Source: Flaccisagitta enflata (lineage: Eukaryota). From it: a DNA stretch of 64,000 nucleotides. The notes below the pieces were generated by a model. That model was given only the letters and a program-made list of their open reading frames with translations, did no database searches and had not been told where the DNA came from. The DNA is taken from contig OZ231126.1 in NCBI GenBank assembly GCA_965153355.1, forward strand, positions 31,620,001-31,684,000, given 5' to 3'. Below are positions 60,724 through 64,000 of the stretch, piece by piece (the first letter of the stretch is position 1; each line of letters begins with the position of its first letter). The position numbers and the translations under genes were made by a program.

Positions 60724-62188
60724 GGCGGACGGACGGACAGTGTGACATAGATAAGGGACAGAGGGAAAGGTTCAAAGAGTGACTGACTGACTGTCAGACA
60801 GAGTGACAGAGACAAAGAAATTTGGGGAAAAGAAACAAAACAGAAAGTCTACTCAGCAGACAGACATGAACAGAAAATTTGATTTAAAAGAAAGTCAGAG
60901 AGACAGTGAGACAGAGAAAGTGAGACTGACCGACGGCCAGAGACAGAGAGATAAAGAGCATGAGTAGTATTGTGACAGAGACGGACAGGCAACCAGAGAC
61001 AAAGGTAGACAGGCAAACAGAAGCAAAAACAGAAAGAAATGAGTTAGCAAGATAAAGAGATAAGAGCTTTTAAAGTTATGAAAGTGGGCCATGCAAGAGT
61101 GAATGAAAGTTAAGGTTATTGGGGTCTTTTGGCCTTGAGTATTTTAGGGGACACAAAAGGCCTCTTTCAGCCTTTCAAAGTTTTGACAGATGAAAGACTT
61201 CACTTTGGTATGGAGTGGTTGATCTGAGAATATACTTGGCCTTGGCCTTTTAGTATAGTAGGAAGCGGTTGGGCATGGAATGAAAAAGTTCTTGACGGAC
61301 CAACCTATCTATATAAATTGACTGCCTGATAGACAAACTGACTCAATAAATGGCAAGGGTTTCATAGCTCGCGCCTAGACTGACAAAAGTGAGTGTTGAA
61401 TATGTTTTTTTTTTTCTCAAAATGATCAAAACCGTTTAAGCGCAAGGGAAACAGTTGTTTCAATATCTTTTAATACTTGGTATTCATTTAAAAAGCCAAA
61501 AACCAATCACTGAAAGAAGGAACCATAGAGCGTGCATCATGTTGGCGACAGTTTCTTAATCATTTACATACCATCGTGGTCACAAAGGACTTCACACCCC
61601 AGAGTCACGTCAAAATGCAATCGAATACAAAGATGATGCCCATCGAAACCCGTTGGTAGTCATCTCGTCAATTCAATTGACAATTCGGTTCTTGATCTTC
61701 TTTCAGCTCTCAAATATGAAGTGAAAAGTCAGTCACCTCGGGTTCATTTTCACACGTTAGAAGCACGTTCATACAACAGATTGTGAGTTTGTGACCGTCG
61801 GTCCATCTGTCGGCTTTGTATCACTGTTCCTGCCCATCCGCACGCAATTAAAGGCTTGGAGTAGTTTTAAATTCATCAGTCTATTTAGTACCTCAATTTC
61901 TTACAGCATTCATGGACTGTCTGACATGCCGACCGGCAGACGGACAGCTCTTGCAGCAAATGGTCGGGCATTATCTCAAATAGATGTCGCAAAAAAAAAA
62001 ATGAATGAATGAATTTTAAGTTGAGGTGAAGACGATTTAGAACTTTTTATGACCTTTTGATTTCTTTGACGTCAAAATTTTGGCGAAAGATGGGAAATTT
62101 GGAGTTGATTTTTTGACATAAAGCTGCAGCGGAAAGAGATAGAGAGAGAGAGAGAGAGACAGAGAGAGAGAGAGAGATAGAGAGATAT

Positions 62189-62283
<95 letters not shown>

Positions 62284-62692
62284 CAACCTAGAGACACACA
62301 GACACACAGACCGACAGACAGAGGTAGATGGTCAGCCAGAGGCATAGAAAGAGAATGGTAAAAATGAAGTTTCAGATAGATAGAAAGGCACAGGTAGATA
62401 TACAAATAGACAGATGGAGAGTATGATTGACAGGTTGCAGATTTGCAGACTTACACAGACCAATCGATTTAAAGAAAGAAAGAAAGAAAGAATGAGAGAA
62501 AGAATGAGAAAAAGAATCAGAGAAAGAATGAGAGAAAGGGAGAGAGGATGAAAGAACTAAAGGAAGATAGGATGAAGATAGAAAGGAAGGAAGGCAGAAA
62601 GGCAGAAAGGAAGAAAGGAAGAAAGAAAAAGAAGAAAAAAAAAAGACAGCGACTCAAACAGTTAAATGGTTGAGGCAAACAGAGACAATGCC

Positions 62693-63042
62693 TTTTAGTG
62701 CGTATGCACCGCTTTGTCCGTCCCGTCGGTCATCGTCGTCTGGTCCATCCGTCCGTCGCTACTTTTTTAATATAAATCAATTCTAATTTTAGGTCTTTTT
62801 TAGTCATTAACAATTATTCTAAGTCATTTTGAGTCATTCTAAGTCATTTTAAGTTATTCCGAGTCATTTTAAGTTATTTTAGGTCATTTTTGGTCATTAG
62901 GTTTTTTAGTCATTTTAATTCCTTTTTGGACATTTTAAGTCGTTCTAAGTCATTCTAAGTCATTCTAAGTCATTCTAAGTCATTCTAAGTCATTTTTACC
63001 CTGTAAATCTTGCACGCGACTCATAGGTGTTGGCCTTGTTTT
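62693..63042 (+). mobile_element. Family-A HINE-like element with a central 10-bp tandem repeat (AAGTCATTCT)n
   Basis: ccgctttgtccgtc start region, ~15 AAGTCATT(C/T)T-like units, gcacgcgact..ggtgttggccttgtt end. Confidence 0.65.
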
Positions 63043-64000
63043 ACACCCAAATCAATATGAAAATTAAGTGATGAGAAAACACAGGAGAAGAAGAAGAGGA
63101 GGCAGTTAATCCATGTTTAGTTACAAAGAAGCACATTTTCTCTAACGTCACAATGCCAATGGTTTCTGTTCATGTTGAAAAGAATTTCCTCATTAGCTAC
63201 CTGTTCATTTTCTCTTCATCATTATTCTCTTCCTATTTCTATTTCACTCCCTCTTACTCTATGTACGCTTTTATTTATTTCTTCTTCGTCTTCGTCTTCT
63301 CTTCTCTCTCTTCTTCTTCTCTTCTCTTCTCTTCTCCTCTCTCATCTCCTCTCTTCTCCTTCTTCTCTCTTCTTTTTTTCTTCTTCTCCTTTTCTCCTTC
63401 TCCACCTTTTCTTCTCCCTTCTCTTCAAATTCTTCTGTCTTCTTCTTCTTCTTCTTCTTCTTCTTCTTCTTCTTCTTCTTCTTCTTCTTCTTCTTCTTCT
63501 TCTTCTTCTTCTTCTTCTTCTTCTTCTTCTTCTTCCTCCTCCTCCTTCTCCTTCTTCTCCTTCTCCTTCTTCCTCGTCATCTTCATCTTCTTCTTCTTCT
63601 TCTCCTTCTTCTACGTCATCTTCCTCTTTGTATTCCTTTCCATCTTTCTATCAAACTGGTTCTAAACGCTCAAAAAGCATTGACTAAAGAGCAGAGACTT
63701 AAGTGTTTCTTAATCCCTGCTGTGTCGCTGAATTTTGAACTTGCATAAGAATTAACTCTCATCTTTCAGCAGGTTTTTTTTTTTTTTTTTTTTCATCTAT
63801 CATATTCAATATTGTTTACGCCGACGAGATCAATCACTTTTGAAACAATCATACAGAATTTAGCAAGATTGCCTTTTTTTTGTGCATGCAAATATGTAAA
63901 TATGCATATCTCTTTAGTTACTAACCGATTGATTTTTTCCACGTCCTACACGATTCTTTCGCCACATGGCCACATTCTTTCCCATAAACATGTATCATAG

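Overview
AT-rich, microsatellite- and transposon-dense eukaryotic DNA, most likely an invertebrate and probably an arthropod. One protein-coding gene is well supported: a CAS-family adaptor (p130Cas/BCAR1/NEDD9-like) on the minus strand. It has eight coding exons between 42649 and 36466, all with phase-consistent GT-AG introns, giving 4158 nt or 1385 aa by manual assembly: SH3, YDxP substrate domain, serine-rich region, RPLP motifs, C-terminal FAT-like domain. The rest is a nested landscape of non-autonomous DNA transposons: two DINE-1/HINE (Helentron)-like families, hAT MITEs, Tc1/pogo MITEs, CAC...GTG Transib-like elements (one with 23-RSS-like ends), a 3.7-kb foldback element with ~800-bp inverted arms and a 7-bp TSD, large palindromes, a decayed DDE transposase and a possible LINE ORF1 relic. 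The most notable points are non-canonical regulatory motifs in the CAS protein, a decaying tandem array made from the gene's own C-terminal codons, the RSS-like ends and a template-switch-like rearrangement. No clearly novel multi-gene system was found. Family assignments come from recognised motifs, not database searches.
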